This document shows, piece by piece, positions 1-10,557 of a stretch of DNA of 64,000 bases. Source of the stretch: a virus; IMG/VR virus record IMGVR_UViG_3300020474_001461, positions 1 through 64,000 of that record. One strand, written 5' to 3'. The notes beneath the pieces are model-generated. The model ran no database searches, was not told the origin of the DNA, and was given only the letters and a program-made list of their open reading frames with translations. Position 1 is the stretch's first letter, and every line of letters starts with the position of its first letter. The position numbers and the translations under genes were made by a program.

Positions 1-140
1 GCTGACCCTTTTTGTTGTGGATTCATCTTCCTTCCTGAGCGCCTAATTAAATTTTACAAGGATTTATTAAGGAATTATCGGGTGAGAGTTTACCATAAAG
101 TGGTAAAAAGTGGGATAAAAGGGGGTTTTTGTGGGATTTT

Positions 141-221
141 TTAACGGTCCAAATACTTGAACCAACGATTCATAATGAAAACGAATACGCAGAATATAAG
201 GATTACTTTAATTATGACCAT
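141..221 (-). CDS. Putative 26-aa hydrophobic peptide (MVIIKVILIFCVFVFIMNRWFKYLDR)
   Basis: Translated by hand; ATG..TAA on the coding strand, single TM-like stretch; below the ORF-track cutoff. Confidence 0.35.
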   Translation of the reverse strand: MVIIKVILIFCVFVFIMNRWFKYLDR

Positions 222-310
222 ATAAGGATAAATAGGTCTTGGGGAATCTTGGCTGGTGAATTAAGGTAGATTTATTTTGTCTCACCTATACGGGGTTGTT
301 CAGGGTTGTT

Positions 311-529
311 CTACCCTACGATGACCGTTCTACCCATGTTCCACTCTGTAACAACGTACTTAAAATCGTGTTCGTCTAAGAAGTCGTGTACTAACTGTCT
401 CATAGGTTCAGAGTTTCCTGTAATAATCTCAGTCTTCAGATAGTCTTTCTTTCCGTTCAGGAGTTTCTTTTCCAAGATTTTTTCTACCTGATGGTGTCTT
501 TTACCGTGTAAGTCTACAGTGATTTTCAT
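311..529 (-). CDS. Stand-alone Smr-domain protein
   Basis: VDLHG, EIITGNS and C-terminal N-x-G motifs typical of Smr domains. Confidence 0.75.
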   Translation of the reverse strand: MKITVDLHGKRHHQVEKILEKKLLNGKKDYLKTEIITGNSEPMRQLVHDFLDEHDFKYVVTEWNMGRTVIVG

Positions 530-855
530 ATTGTTTTGCTTTCTTCATTAAATTCTACACCACCTGTATTGGTTGAACGAAACATGGGTTCGTAATAAGA
601 CGAGTAATCCACGTTAGGAAAAGGTATCTTTAACTGTCCCTCTTCTACGTCATATAGTAGTGTTTCTTCGGTGTGTCTTAGTGGACTATATCTTTCTATA
701 TTTTTAGTCCAATTCCATGCGTTAACTCCTAATGAAAGGAATTGTAATTTTAACCCTTCATAGGATGGATTTGTTTTGGTGACCGTAATCGTCCCCTCTT
801 CGGATGTGATGTGAATATCACCACCACTATCCATTGTGATTGATTTTATTTCCAT
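526..855 (-). CDS. Hypothetical protein
   Basis: 109-aa ORF overlapping both neighbours, operon-like. Confidence 0.6.
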   Translation of the reverse strand: MEIKSITMDSGGDIHITSEEGTITVTKTNPSYEGLKLQFLSLGVNAWNWTKNIERYSPLRHTEETLLYDVEEGQLKIPFPNVDYSSYYEPMFRSTNTGGVEFNEESKTI

Positions 856-1049
856 GTTGAATCGATTTTATATTTCTTTATATAAGTGTTAAAGAGATTC
901 TCTCCACCCATTCCCATGTGGAGTATCTCGGTATCTTGAGGTAAATACTTCTTTGAGCGCGTATTGTTTATCTTATCTATGTGGTCCTCGAATACTTCTA
1001 TTCTTGGATTCCTACACCTTTTAGGTTTGTGTACTATAATAGTCTTCAT
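846..1049 (-). CDS. Hypothetical protein (start revised to MKTIIVHK)
   Basis: ATGA overlap with the stop of an upstream small ORF supports the start at 1049. Confidence 0.55.
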   Translation of the reverse strand: MKTIIVHKPKRCRNPRIEVFEDHIDKINNTRSKKYLPQDTEILHMGMGGENLFNTYIKKYKIDSTWK

Positions 1050-1171
1050 AAGTCCCATACCGATGGTCTTCGTTTGGGAAAGCGCGTTGTAATCCATAAC
1101 CATAATTTAATTAATAATATTTTCATTTTTAGAAACAATTTTGGGTTTATCTCAAAATTTTTCTTAGACAC
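1046..1171 (-). CDS. Small hydrophobic/basic ORF (GTG start at 1171, or ATG at 1126)
   Basis: Hand translation MSKKNFEINPKLFLKMKILLIKLWLWITTRFPKRRPSVWDL; stop coupled to the next ATG. Confidence 0.4.
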   Translation of the reverse strand: MSKKNFEINPKLFLKMKILLIKLWLWITTRFPKRRPSVWDL

Positions 1172-1203
1172 ACGAAATCGTCCATTACCGTGGGTGGACG
1201 TAT

Positions 1204-1392
1204 CTATTGGTCTCCTCTTGAGGTTAATTCTTTTATCATCTCTTCTTCATCTTCTTCCGTAAACTGTATATATGGTCTTTCACTGTTGAAAGATAACCAA
1301 TTACCGTCTAACACGGATTCCACGATTGAACTTGTTACTGCTGTTAACTTTGTTTTGTTTCCTACTGTTTTCTTGACGAACTTCTTACTCAC
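1204..1392 (-). CDS. Hypothetical protein
   Basis: 62-aa ORF on the coding strand. Confidence 0.5.
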   Translation of the reverse strand: MSKKFVKKTVGNKTKLTAVTSSIVESVLDGNWLSFNSERPYIQFTEEDEEEMIKELTSRGDQ

Positions 1393-1402
1393 CGTTCCTC
1401 TC

Positions 1403-1798
1403 CTATTCTTTTTTGGTTAAAAATAAATCGTAACTACCCTTTATTATATATAGTGTTTTTTTACTTAATGGAGTGAACTTATATTTGTTTATATCATTCA
1501 TCGTAATCCATTTAACACTCTGATGTGCATTGAGTTTAGGTTTACCACTCTTATATTTGATTATATAAGGATAAAATTCTATTCCGTATTCTTCTCTCTC
1601 GGGTATTGAATAATAAACTTTTATGTCTATATCCAACTCCTCTTTCCATTCACGAATTATCGCGTTATACGGAGTTTCACCTTTCTCAATCTTACCACCT
1701 GGCAGTTCCCACATATCAGGACAAACTGAATCTGTGGATAATCTTTTACCAATTAGGAAAGTATCTTCGTCACATAATACTCCAACTACTATCTTCAT
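1403..1798 (-). CDS. NUDIX hydrolase (MutT-like)
   Basis: Nudix box WELPGGKIEKGETPYNAIIREWKEEL; start revised to MKIVVGVL. Confidence 0.9.
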   Translation of the reverse strand: MKIVVGVLCDEDTFLIGKRLSTDSVCPDMWELPGGKIEKGETPYNAIIREWKEELDIDIKVYYSIPEREEYGIEFYPYIIKYKSGKPKLNAHQSVKWITMNDINKYKFTPLSKKTLYIIKGSYDLFLTKKE

Positions 1799-1949
1799 TA
1801 TTGTTGTCGTCCTCGTATATTCCAAGTTGTTTATAGTTGATAGGGATGTCATATGTTTGTGACATCTTTGCAACCATTTTAGTTGCTTTTATCATCTTAT
1901 TAGTCTGAGTACTCCAAAGATACCTCGTTACAAAACTTTCGTCAAACAT
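1770..1949 (-). CDS. Small hypothetical protein (59 aa, MFDESFVTRYLWST...)
   Basis: Hand-translated; start overlaps the stop of the nuclease gene and the ORF fills the gap. Confidence 0.45.
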   Translation of the reverse strand: MFDESFVTRYLWSTQTNKMIKATKMVAKMSQTYDIPINYKQLGIYEDDNNNEDSSWSIM

Positions 1950-2581
1950 TAGTCGTTTATATTTCTTATATTAGGTATTTGAAAGTCTGACCAATCTCTA
2001 CCTTTTAAATTTACATTATCAAACTTAAATGTCCATTCATGTTGACCTGCCCAAATTACTTTTGTGAATCCACTTGGTATAAGTGCTCCACCTGCTGCAT
2101 ATTCGGGTTCATTGTCAAAATGTATTGTTACATTTACTTTTACTGTTTCAAATACCTTGGATAAGTCTCGTTCAAATCTTTCGAGTTCTTTCCACGGTCC
2201 TCTGTTTAGTGATTCGTGTTGAAGTGCACAATTCAGATAGTTGAACGTTTCTCTCAAAGTTTCTTTATCAAAACAATTAAATGCTGCTGCTGGTGCCATA
2301 TGACCTTTATCATATACATTTGCTTTGTAGTCATCATTGTCTGAAGTTTTCCATCCTTTTGGTTTCCAAAAGTCCATTCCACTTCTACTGATTTCACCTG
2401 TTGGACACATTACTGTATATGTCACTTGAAGAGGTTGTTCATAATCTTCACTATAAACTACGTCATATAACTTACCGTCATAGTTTCTGATTTGTGCATT
2501 CATCGTAGTTGCACTCCACATAAACAGGAAGTACATCAACGCGAACATTAACAGTTTATCTATATTATCAAATTCTCTCAT
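1949..2581 (-). CDS. DNA/RNA non-specific endonuclease (NucA/EndA family) with signal peptide
   Basis: YDKGHMAPAA (DRGH-type) and LNRGPWKELE motifs; hydrophobic N-terminus ending MNA|Q. Confidence 0.88.
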   Translation of the reverse strand: MREFDNIDKLLMFALMYFLFMWSATTMNAQIRNYDGKLYDVVYSEDYEQPLQVTYTVMCPTGEISRSGMDFWKPKGWKTSDNDDYKANVYDKGHMAPAAAFNCFDKETLRETFNYLNCALQHESLNRGPWKELERFERDLSKVFETVKVNVTIHFDNEPEYAAGGALIPSGFTKVIWAGQHEWTFKFDNVNLKGRDWSDFQIPNIRNIND

Positions 2582-3168
2582 AATTTTAAATCTTTCTTGA
2601 TATCGTTTTCTACTACTTTTAAATACTTTTTTCTTTTCTTATCTGATACAAATGGAACTGACCAAAATTGTTTTGTTTTTAACCATCTACTGATTTTCCA
2701 TCCAAATACAAATGTAAATACACCCAACACCAATCTTAACTTGACTGAATTTAAGTATAATGTAATCACGGGTAACATTGGTGCACCGTGAGTGATATAT
2801 GTTCTAACTTTTTTATCTCCTAAGAACGGGACAGGATATGCATACAGTTTCGTAATGTTTTGAAATTTATATGCGAATCCAGGCGTTAAAACCTCATCAA
2901 AAAATGTTTCCATTTTTGGAACTAATCTAAACCACCAAACAGGTGATATAAAATAAATGTGAGTTGACCAAGTAATCATATCTTGGTATTCTTTTATTAA
3001 CTCTGTTCTATCTCTATGTAATTTATCCTCGTATAAATCTATCACCTTGTAGTTCTCACCGTTCTCATCCATTTTGTCAACTATGGTCTTATATATACCG
3101 TTATAACAAAATGAGTTTTTATCGGGGTGTCCTACTACTATTAGGTGTTTGAATCTTTTTTTTCCCAT
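2578..3168 (-). CDS. NAD(P)H-dependent oxidoreductase, flavodoxin-like fold (MdaB/KefF family)
   Basis: LIVVGHPDKNSF, SPVWW, FFDEVLTPGFAY. Confidence 0.85.
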   Translation of the reverse strand: MGKKRFKHLIVVGHPDKNSFCYNGIYKTIVDKMDENGENYKVIDLYEDKLHRDRTELIKEYQDMITWSTHIYFISPVWWFRLVPKMETFFDEVLTPGFAYKFQNITKLYAYPVPFLGDKKVRTYITHGAPMLPVITLYLNSVKLRLVLGVFTFVFGWKISRWLKTKQFWSVPFVSDKKRKKYLKVVENDIKKDLKL

Positions 3169-3327
3169 TTATTGATTTACTATTTTCCAACTGAATGGTT
3201 GTCTGTTTCTTTGATATTGTTCCATACTCCATTCTATATCGTCTGTTTCGATTGTTGTCAAGTATGGTTTTGTTGAACAAAACTTCTCTTCCATTAGTGG
3301 TGTTATTTCTATTATGTATTTAGTCAT
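3169..3327 (-). CDS. Small hypothetical protein (52 aa, MTKYIIEITPLMEEKF...)
   Basis: Hand-translated; exactly fills the gap between two genes. Confidence 0.5.
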   Translation of the reverse strand: MTKYIIEITPLMEEKFCSTKPYLTTIETDDIEWSMEQYQRNRQPFSWKIVNQ

Positions 3328-3802
3328 CCATTTCTAATTTACGTTCAAAGTACTGAGCAGAGTCCTGAATTTCAGGATTCTGTTTGATTGTTTGCATTGC
3401 AATCATATCTTTCATTTTAGTTGTTGACCAACCATGTGCTCTTGTTGTGTACACAATCTTTGGTGGTAAGTCATCACCTGTAAATGATTTTCCGATATAA
3501 TCCTCACCTAAGATTCTTACATCGGGTTTGAAAAACTTAATCAATTCGTAAAGTTCTTCTTCCGTCTGATAAACATAAACCTCATCAATATATTGTATTG
3601 CCATCAATGTACGATATCTTTCGTATAATGGAATCACGGGTTTATATTTTGACTTCCTATGAAGTGACGGGTCTCTTTGTAAAAACACTATGAAATGGTC
3701 ACAATGTCTTTTCGCCTCTTGAAAGGTGTATATATAGCCAGGATGAATCAAATCAAAATTACCTGCTGTACATCCTATTATTTTACTCTTTTTCTTTCCC
3801 AC
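3320..3802 (-). CDS. Cytidylyltransferase (TagD/RfaE-like)
   Basis: AGNFDLIHPGY, YVDEV-like YIDEV, GEDY and HGWSTT motifs. Confidence 0.85.
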   Translation of the reverse strand: MGKKKSKIIGCTAGNFDLIHPGYIYTFQEAKRHCDHFIVFLQRDPSLHRKSKYKPVIPLYERYRTLMAIQYIDEVYVYQTEEELYELIKFFKPDVRILGEDYIGKSFTGDDLPPKIVYTTRAHGWSTTKMKDMIAMQTIKQNPEIQDSAQYFERKLEMDD

Positions 3803-4429
3803 GTTGTCCTAATAACTTCTTTTTCTTTTTTCTTAAGTCTTTGGGTAAGTCTTCTTGATTTGGTGTATGTCCTGTCTCATCAATAACTCTCTGTATACAG
3901 AACAACCTCGCGTCTTTATCACCTGTACCCCATAACCAACCGATACTACCTTTTATACTGTCTATGTCTTGTTTAATCTTACTTAAGTTTTCTTCTAATA
4001 ATTGTTCATCATTTTTATCCAACTTATATGAAACTCCTAACTCACCTGCGAATTCTAACATTTTTACCAAGTTTTGAGTTTCATATGCTTGATTTACTTT
4101 TTGAAAGACTTCACTATTACCACCTACGTCAGGATGTGCTTTAGTCGCGAGTCTCTTATATAGATTCTTGACCTTTCTCGGCGCATTTTTAAGAAGAGTT
4201 CGTTGTTTATCGATTTTCTCTTCCCTTTGTTTTCGTTCACGTTTTGCATTCTCATAATGTATCGTTGGGTCTTCTATTGGTTTTTTTGGTTTTTTTAAAG
4301 GTTTGTCATAAAACTTTTTAAAATATTTGTCAAAATCTTTACAATAGGTCTGAAACTCTTCTTCAACCAATTCCCTCTCAAGTTTTAATACTTCAGATTT
4401 TAGTTTTAATAGTTTCAGTTTTTTGTTCA

Positions 4430-4430
<1 letters not shown>
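3783..4430 (-). CDS. J-domain (DnaJ-like) co-chaperone
   Basis: LYKRLATKAHPDVGG...FQKVNQAY with intact HPD. Confidence 0.8.
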
Positions 4431-6028
<1,598 letters not shown>

Positions 6029-6628
6029 TTATTTACCTTTTTTTCGTTTTAATTTTGCTTGTTTAATTTGTTCCGCTCTCCACTGTGGTTGTTTACCTCT
6101 GATATTACCTCTTTGATTATGAAAACAATTGTAACACAAAAATCTAATGTTTTCTCTTTTGTGATTTGTCCAATCGTCATCCATATGGTCAAGAATCAAA
6201 GGAATAGAACCATCTGTCAATCTTTTTTCTTTGTATCCACAACTATGACATTCATGTGGAAATTCTAACTCAGGTTTATGTGAGTTGTTAATTAATCTTT
6301 TCTTCAATAAAAAAACAGGATAATTAGGATGTTTACCATCTAAGATGTCATTCAACGCGTATTTACCTTGAGTTACATTATATGGTTTCTTAACACCTTT
6401 ACCTCTCTGATTCTTATGTAAGTCCCAAAGAGTTTTCCCTGATTTTTCGTCTATATAAGATTTTGAATATTTTTGATATGTAGTTAGTGATACATTAAGG
6501 AATCTGGCTGCACCTGAGTTTGATTTTGAGTTTTTCATCGCATAACGAATCTGACTCTCAGTCAAGTTCAAGGGAGTTCTTCCTTTCCCTAAAACATATC
6601 CATTCGGTAATTTAAAACCTTTTTTCAT
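6029..6628 (-). CDS. HNH endonuclease-like protein with N-terminal HTH
   Basis: CHSC ... LDHMDDDWTNH..ENIRFLCYNC; AARFLNVSLTTY HTH-like segment. Confidence 0.75.
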   Translation of the reverse strand: MKKGFKLPNGYVLGKGRTPLNLTESQIRYAMKNSKSNSGAARFLNVSLTTYQKYSKSYIDEKSGKTLWDLHKNQRGKGVKKPYNVTQGKYALNDILDGKHPNYPVFLLKKRLINNSHKPELEFPHECHSCGYKEKRLTDGSIPLILDHMDDDWTNHKRENIRFLCYNCFHNQRGNIRGKQPQWRAEQIKQAKLKRKKGK

Positions 6629-6642
6629 ATCCTTTATTTATA

Positions 6643-6650
6643 TATAAATA
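6643..6650 (-). promoter_or_regulatory. TATTTATA motif (candidate late promoter); also at 10535, 16848, 17431, 19233, 22318, 39040, 59858
   Basis: Recurs mostly about 14-30 nt upstream of starts on the coding strand (59858 lies about 110 nt upstream of the SSB start). Confidence 0.5.
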
Positions 6651-6653
6651 TGG

Positions 6654-6878
6654 TTATCCATATTTTTCCACTATACTCTCTAAAAATTGGAAATCTCTAT
6701 GAGATAGTGTTAATCTTTGTTTCTGTACTTTTTGTTCTAAATCATACAGTTTTTTCTTATCTTTATACGACCAAACACCTAATATGTGTTTTGGGTTTGA
6801 ATAAACTATTTCTTTTGCACTTCGTATAAAATGGAAGTGTCTTGTTAATTCATTATCAATTAGTCCTCTAAACCACAT
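6654..6878 (-). CDS. Hypothetical protein
   Basis: 74-aa ORF on the coding strand. Confidence 0.5.
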   Translation of the reverse strand: MWFRGLIDNELTRHFHFIRSAKEIVYSNPKHILGVWSYKDKKKLYDLEQKVQKQRLTLSHRDFQFLESIVEKYG

Positions 6879-6881
6879 TAA

Positions 6882-7229
6882 TTATTTCCAAAGTACTTGG
6901 ATACTTAACAGTGTAAATGCTAATATCAATGATACAACAACTTTTGGTGTAAATCCTTGGTTAAAATAGTAGGACACCCCCCACGCGTAAACCATCATAC
7001 CAATACCAAATCCAAGAAATCTTGCTGGCCATAATAGTCCTTCAAATCCTTGAACTGCGTATTTTGTTCCGTAAATGTAAAAAAATGATATTGGTATACC
7101 TAATAGTGCTAATATATGTGAATTATTTTTAAACCATTCCCACTTAAACTGTCCATTTAATTGATGAAACACACAAAGGTGTCCACATAAAAATAGAAAT
7201 GCACCTAATAATAAAAACTTACTGTTCAT
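6882..7229 (-). CDS. Small multi-pass membrane protein (4 TM, DMT/SMR-like size)
   Basis: Four hydrophobic segments in 115 aa. Confidence 0.6.
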   Translation of the reverse strand: MNSKFLLLGAFLFLCGHLCVFHQLNGQFKWEWFKNNSHILALLGIPISFFYIYGTKYAVQGFEGLLWPARFLGFGIGMMVYAWGVSYYFNQGFTPKVVVSLILAFTLLSIQVLWK

Positions 7230-7392
7230 CTAAATCTTTTTTGGTAACTTTCTGATATGCATAAACATTTGGTAATCCTGAATAGTGACACCACTCATTA
7301 TATTGATACTCATCATCAATATGTGTCTCATGAGACAGTGGGTCTTTTCCCGCCATCTGAAGGTCTTCTATCCATCTTTTTGTTGCACTCAT
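7219..7392 (-). CDS. Small hypothetical protein (57 aa, MSATKRWIEDLQ...EWCHYSGLP...)
   Basis: Hand-translated; ATGA overlap with the groES stop. Confidence 0.5.
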   Translation of the reverse strand: MSATKRWIEDLQMAGKDPLSHETHIDDEYQYNEWCHYSGLPNVYAYQKVTKKDLDEQ

Positions 7393-7670
7393 GATAGTCT
7401 TATTAATATTTCTTGTTCTCTGTACAGATTGTACTTATCACCGTCTAATCTTAGTTGTGTTCCTGTATTAGGAACAATAACGGTATCACCGACTTTTAGT
7501 TTCATCGGAATCTTTTTTCCTGTAGAAGTAAAAATACCTTCACCGACTGCGATAACTTCACCCTTCATCTGTTCTTTATTTGATTCAGGACGATATAATC
7601 CACCTTTGGTCTTTTCTTCTTCTTTGATTACTTTGACTAAAACATAGTCATTTAAAGGTTCGTAATTCAT
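7389..7670 (-). CDS. groES: Co-chaperonin GroES
   Basis: PLNDYVLV, KTKGGLY, GEVIAVGEG, LKVGDTV. Confidence 0.95.
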   Translation of the reverse strand: MNYEPLNDYVLVKVIKEEEKTKGGLYRPESNKEQMKGEVIAVGEGIFTSTGKKIPMKLKVGDTVIVPNTGTQLRLDGDKYNLYREQEILIRLS

Positions 7671-7702
7671 AACTTTTTCCTACTTAATATTTTATTTGTA
7701 CC

Positions 7703-7734
7703 TTAATATACAAAAAATTTAATTAATAAACAAA
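7703..7734 (-). promoter_or_regulatory. Bacteroidota-type promoter upstream of groES
   Basis: TTTGT-N19-TATATTAA on the minus strand. Confidence 0.6.
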
Positions 7735-7736
7735 CT

Positions 7737-7970
7737 TTATAGTTCATTTTTTCTTAAAATGTTGATGACTTCATTCAAGTCCTCAAACTCATTAAATACA
7801 ATCTCAGTATCTGCTATTTCTACTGAAATATCTTCATCAACCCAATCTTCTGAATCATTTGATATGAATTCAAGTCCACCGATTGTTAATGAATAATAAC
7901 AAAACTCATCTACACCCTCAACCTCGTCAAACCTTGCAAATCCAAGGTCGACTAAATCTTGTTCAGTCAT
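7737..7970 (-). CDS. Acidic hypothetical protein
   Basis: 77-aa ORF. Confidence 0.6.
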   Translation of the reverse strand: MTEQDLVDLGFARFDEVEGVDEFCYYSLTIGGLEFISNDSEDWVDEDISVEIADTEIVFNEFEDLNEVINILRKNEL

Positions 7971-7979
7971 TTAGTTCTC

Positions 7980-8180
7980 CTATCTTACGATATCAAAACT
8001 TTTGATACCATCACAGTCCAAACAAACTTCAGTATCTATTCTTCCCCTAACACATGAATCATGTTCCCAAAGAACTACTGTATTCTTAGAACCACACTCA
8101 CATTTAGAGTCTGTACATTTTAGTTTGCTGAACCTTTTGAGTTTTGGATGTTTAATCCACTCCTCTCTTAAATATATCAT
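7980..8180 (-). CDS. Small Zn-ribbon protein
   Basis: CECG ... CLDC. Confidence 0.55.
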   Translation of the reverse strand: MIYLREEWIKHPKLKRFSKLKCTDSKCECGSKNTVVLWEHDSCVRGRIDTEVCLDCDGIKSFDIVR

Positions 8181-8182
8181 AA

Positions 8183-8536
8183 CTATAGATTTACGTTACT
8201 AAAACCACCATTTTTCTGAACAATTATACCTTCTGCTCTTACTTCATTAGGTTTTTTATCACTATTGTTATTTATTAAGATTCTTTCAGCTCTACCGATT
8301 CCCATAACTAATTGGTGGAATGGTATTCCTAAAATATCCATTTCTTGAATAGTGTCGTCTCTCAAAGACTCAGGTCTTGCAGTAGTCAAAACGATGTGGT
8401 ATCCTTTTTTGAACCAATCCACCATTTTATCTACAACCCCTGGCAATGCAACACTGTTAAACGGGTCAAGGTCTTCAAAGTTCACTTGGTGAACCAAAGT
8501 CCCATCGATGTCTGTAAAAATAGTTTTATTTGTCAT
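8183..8536 (-). CDS. HAD-superfamily phosphatase (capless)
   Basis: IFTDIDGTL motif I, LTTAR motif II. Confidence 0.8.
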   Translation of the reverse strand: MTNKTIFTDIDGTLVHQVNFEDLDPFNSVALPGVVDKMVDWFKKGYHIVLTTARPESLRDDTIQEMDILGIPFHQLVMGIGRAERILINNNSDKKPNEVRAEGIIVQKNGGFSNVNL

Positions 8537-8555
8537 ACTTTATCTTATTACAATA

Positions 8556-8611
8556 CTAATATAGGTATTTTTACCTACATTTCCAAATTTTTAATGTTAA
8601 ATTTGTGTTAA
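8556..8611 (-). promoter_or_regulatory. Promoter with two upstream TTAACA boxes
   Basis: TTAACA-N5-TTAACA-N7-TTTGG-N19-TATATTAG. Confidence 0.75.
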
Positions 8612-9181
8612 TTTTTTTCTCAATCTAAACTTAGGATTTAGATATTTATCGTATAATTTATCTAACTGTTGTTCTGATAATCCTAAATCTAATAATCTAA
8701 TTACATCTTTTGAACCAATAGAATCTTCTGTATAAATGTCTTCATACCAAATTAAATGTGTCGTAACTGTCCTTGAGTAAAAGTTTAGTAACCATTTATA
8801 GTTTTCTATAACGTGACTTAAAGATGGTTTTGTGATTTTTTCAGTTGGTTTATATTCATTTATATATCCATATTTAAATGCGTTTTGATGACTAATTACA
8901 GTTTCCCTAAAGTTTCCTCTCATCAATATGATAGTTTTATCAAACTGTCTATAGTTTTCATCAATCCACTCATTTTGAAAGTTTGGACCTGCTAATGTTT
9001 TGAATATAACATTCTCACCAATCTCATCACCTTTTTGAAATGGTGGGTTTGTTTTGTAGTAACTTTTCCATAATGACCGATTAAATGGTTCTATAATCAT
9101 TTTATGATTCATAACATCTGAAAGTCCGTAATGAAGTGATGTACTACCACATCTTCCGTGTCCTAATAATAATATTTTCAT
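8597..9181 (-). CDS. Sulfotransferase-fold protein
   Basis: LLLGHGRCGSTSL PAPS-binding loop, EPFN, IWYED. Confidence 0.7.
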   Translation of the reverse strand: MKILLLGHGRCGSTSLHYGLSDVMNHKMIIEPFNRSLWKSYYKTNPPFQKGDEIGENVIFKTLAGPNFQNEWIDENYRQFDKTIILMRGNFRETVISHQNAFKYGYINEYKPTEKITKPSLSHVIENYKWLLNFYSRTVTTHLIWYEDIYTEDSIGSKDVIRLLDLGLSEQQLDKLYDKYLNPKFRLRKKLTQI

Positions 9182-9870
9182 CCTACTGTATTTCTATCAC
9201 ACCACGGTTCATCTGTAACAAATGGTCCTACTTCTGATGTTGGAATGTATTCCCATGCTAAACTAAATCTTGTTCTATCAGATATATTTGGATAACAACC
9301 GTGAACTAAATTTATATCAAAGAAAGTTGCATATGGTGCAGGTCTTTCTAAATCTATTATGTTGAATGATTCTAAATTAGACTCATTAATCCACCTAATC
9401 CAAGGGTCAACTTCACTGACTACGTCATGTGGTATAATCCCGTATTTATGTGAGTTCTCTACAAGTCTCAAACATCCATTTTCTTTTGATGTATCTTCTA
9501 AGTATATTGCACAACTAACAATCTTACTACTATCACCTTTGAAATAATAATTGTCTTGGTGCATAAATGTTGACATTCCAACTTTTGGTTTCATTGGAAA
9601 GAATTTACTGATATATACGTCAACAGTATCTTCAGTATTTAATATCTCTTTTGCTTTTTTGACTAAGGTTGGGTGTGATGCTATTTCTAAAAACTTTGGT
9701 TGGTAATTACACGCTCCATTTATTTTGTTAAGGTTGTCTTCACCATTCCACGAAAAGTGTGAGTGTTCTTTACCATGAGTACCTTCATATGTTTCTTTAC
9801 ATACGTTTAAATAGTATTCGTGTTCTTCTTTTGTTAGAAAGTTATCAATAAGTTCGTAACCGTTTCTCAT
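9178..9870 (-). CDS. Phytanoyl-CoA dioxygenase (PhyH)-family 2OG-Fe(II) oxygenase
   Basis: HQD...NGCL...SH...VHG..PN.SDRTR. Confidence 0.85.
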   Translation of the reverse strand: MRNGYELIDNFLTKEEHEYYLNVCKETYEGTHGKEHSHFSWNGEDNLNKINGACNYQPKFLEIASHPTLVKKAKEILNTEDTVDVYISKFFPMKPKVGMSTFMHQDNYYFKGDSSKIVSCAIYLEDTSKENGCLRLVENSHKYGIIPHDVVSEVDPWIRWINESNLESFNIIDLERPAPYATFFDINLVHGCYPNISDRTRFSLAWEYIPTSEVGPFVTDEPWCDRNTVG

Positions 9871-10514
9871 TACCAATTTTCAGGTTTTCTTGCTTCAGGA
9901 TTGTCTGTCCAACTTAATAATCTTGTATCTGTAATATCGTGTAGTATAACTGTTTTTGGACCTATTTTAGAATCATAAAAATATTCGTATGAAAGTAATG
10001 CCACATCAGTATCCATTTGTTCTATGATTTTATCATTAAACATTCTACATCCGTTTGCCCAATAAATATCATTGTAAGTTGTTAAACACTCATTCACCAT
10101 TCTTGAGTTTGGTGCTGCTATGTAAACTGTACAATCTATTAGAGTATTATTTTCCTGAGATGGTTTCATTCCTGAAACAAAAGTATGTTGTGGATTCAAT
10201 CTATCTAAAACTGTATTAAAAGACTTAATGGGTTTTGCATCAACATCAACGTAAATTCCACCATGGTCTCTAAGTAGTAAAAGTCTAATCCTATCACAAA
10301 TAAATGCCCATTTATATAATTCAGGTTCTTTTGTGTAGTTCTGAAGAAATTTGTCGTCTTTGTATTTCTCTTCAAATACTTCATTACCCCAAAGATGGTG
10401 TTCATAATCAGGGTGTAATTTTTTCATTTCCTCAACGAACCTTTTACAGTGTTCAGGCATTTCATTATCACCCAACCACAATTGATGGATGATTTTAGGA
10501 ATTTTTATGTCCAT
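9870..10514 (-). CDS. Glycosyltransferase family 32 (OCH1-like, DXD)
   Basis: IPKIIHQLW, DRIRLLLL..HGGIYVDVD. Confidence 0.88.
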   Translation of the reverse strand: MDIKIPKIIHQLWLGDNEMPEHCKRFVEEMKKLHPDYEHHLWGNEVFEEKYKDDKFLQNYTKEPELYKWAFICDRIRLLLLRDHGGIYVDVDAKPIKSFNTVLDRLNPQHTFVSGMKPSQENNTLIDCTVYIAAPNSRMVNECLTTYNDIYWANGCRMFNDKIIEQMDTDVALLSYEYFYDSKIGPKTVILHDITDTRLLSWTDNPEARKPENW

Positions 10515-10557
10515 ATGTAACTTTCTTTATTTTATATAAATATAATTTTAAATTTAA

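Noticed and set aside
1165-1206. Hairpin CGTCCA-N10-TGGACG just after a TAG stop (read-through or terminator)
   Set aside because: No U-tract, read-through would add only about 19 aa, and a single short stem could be chance.
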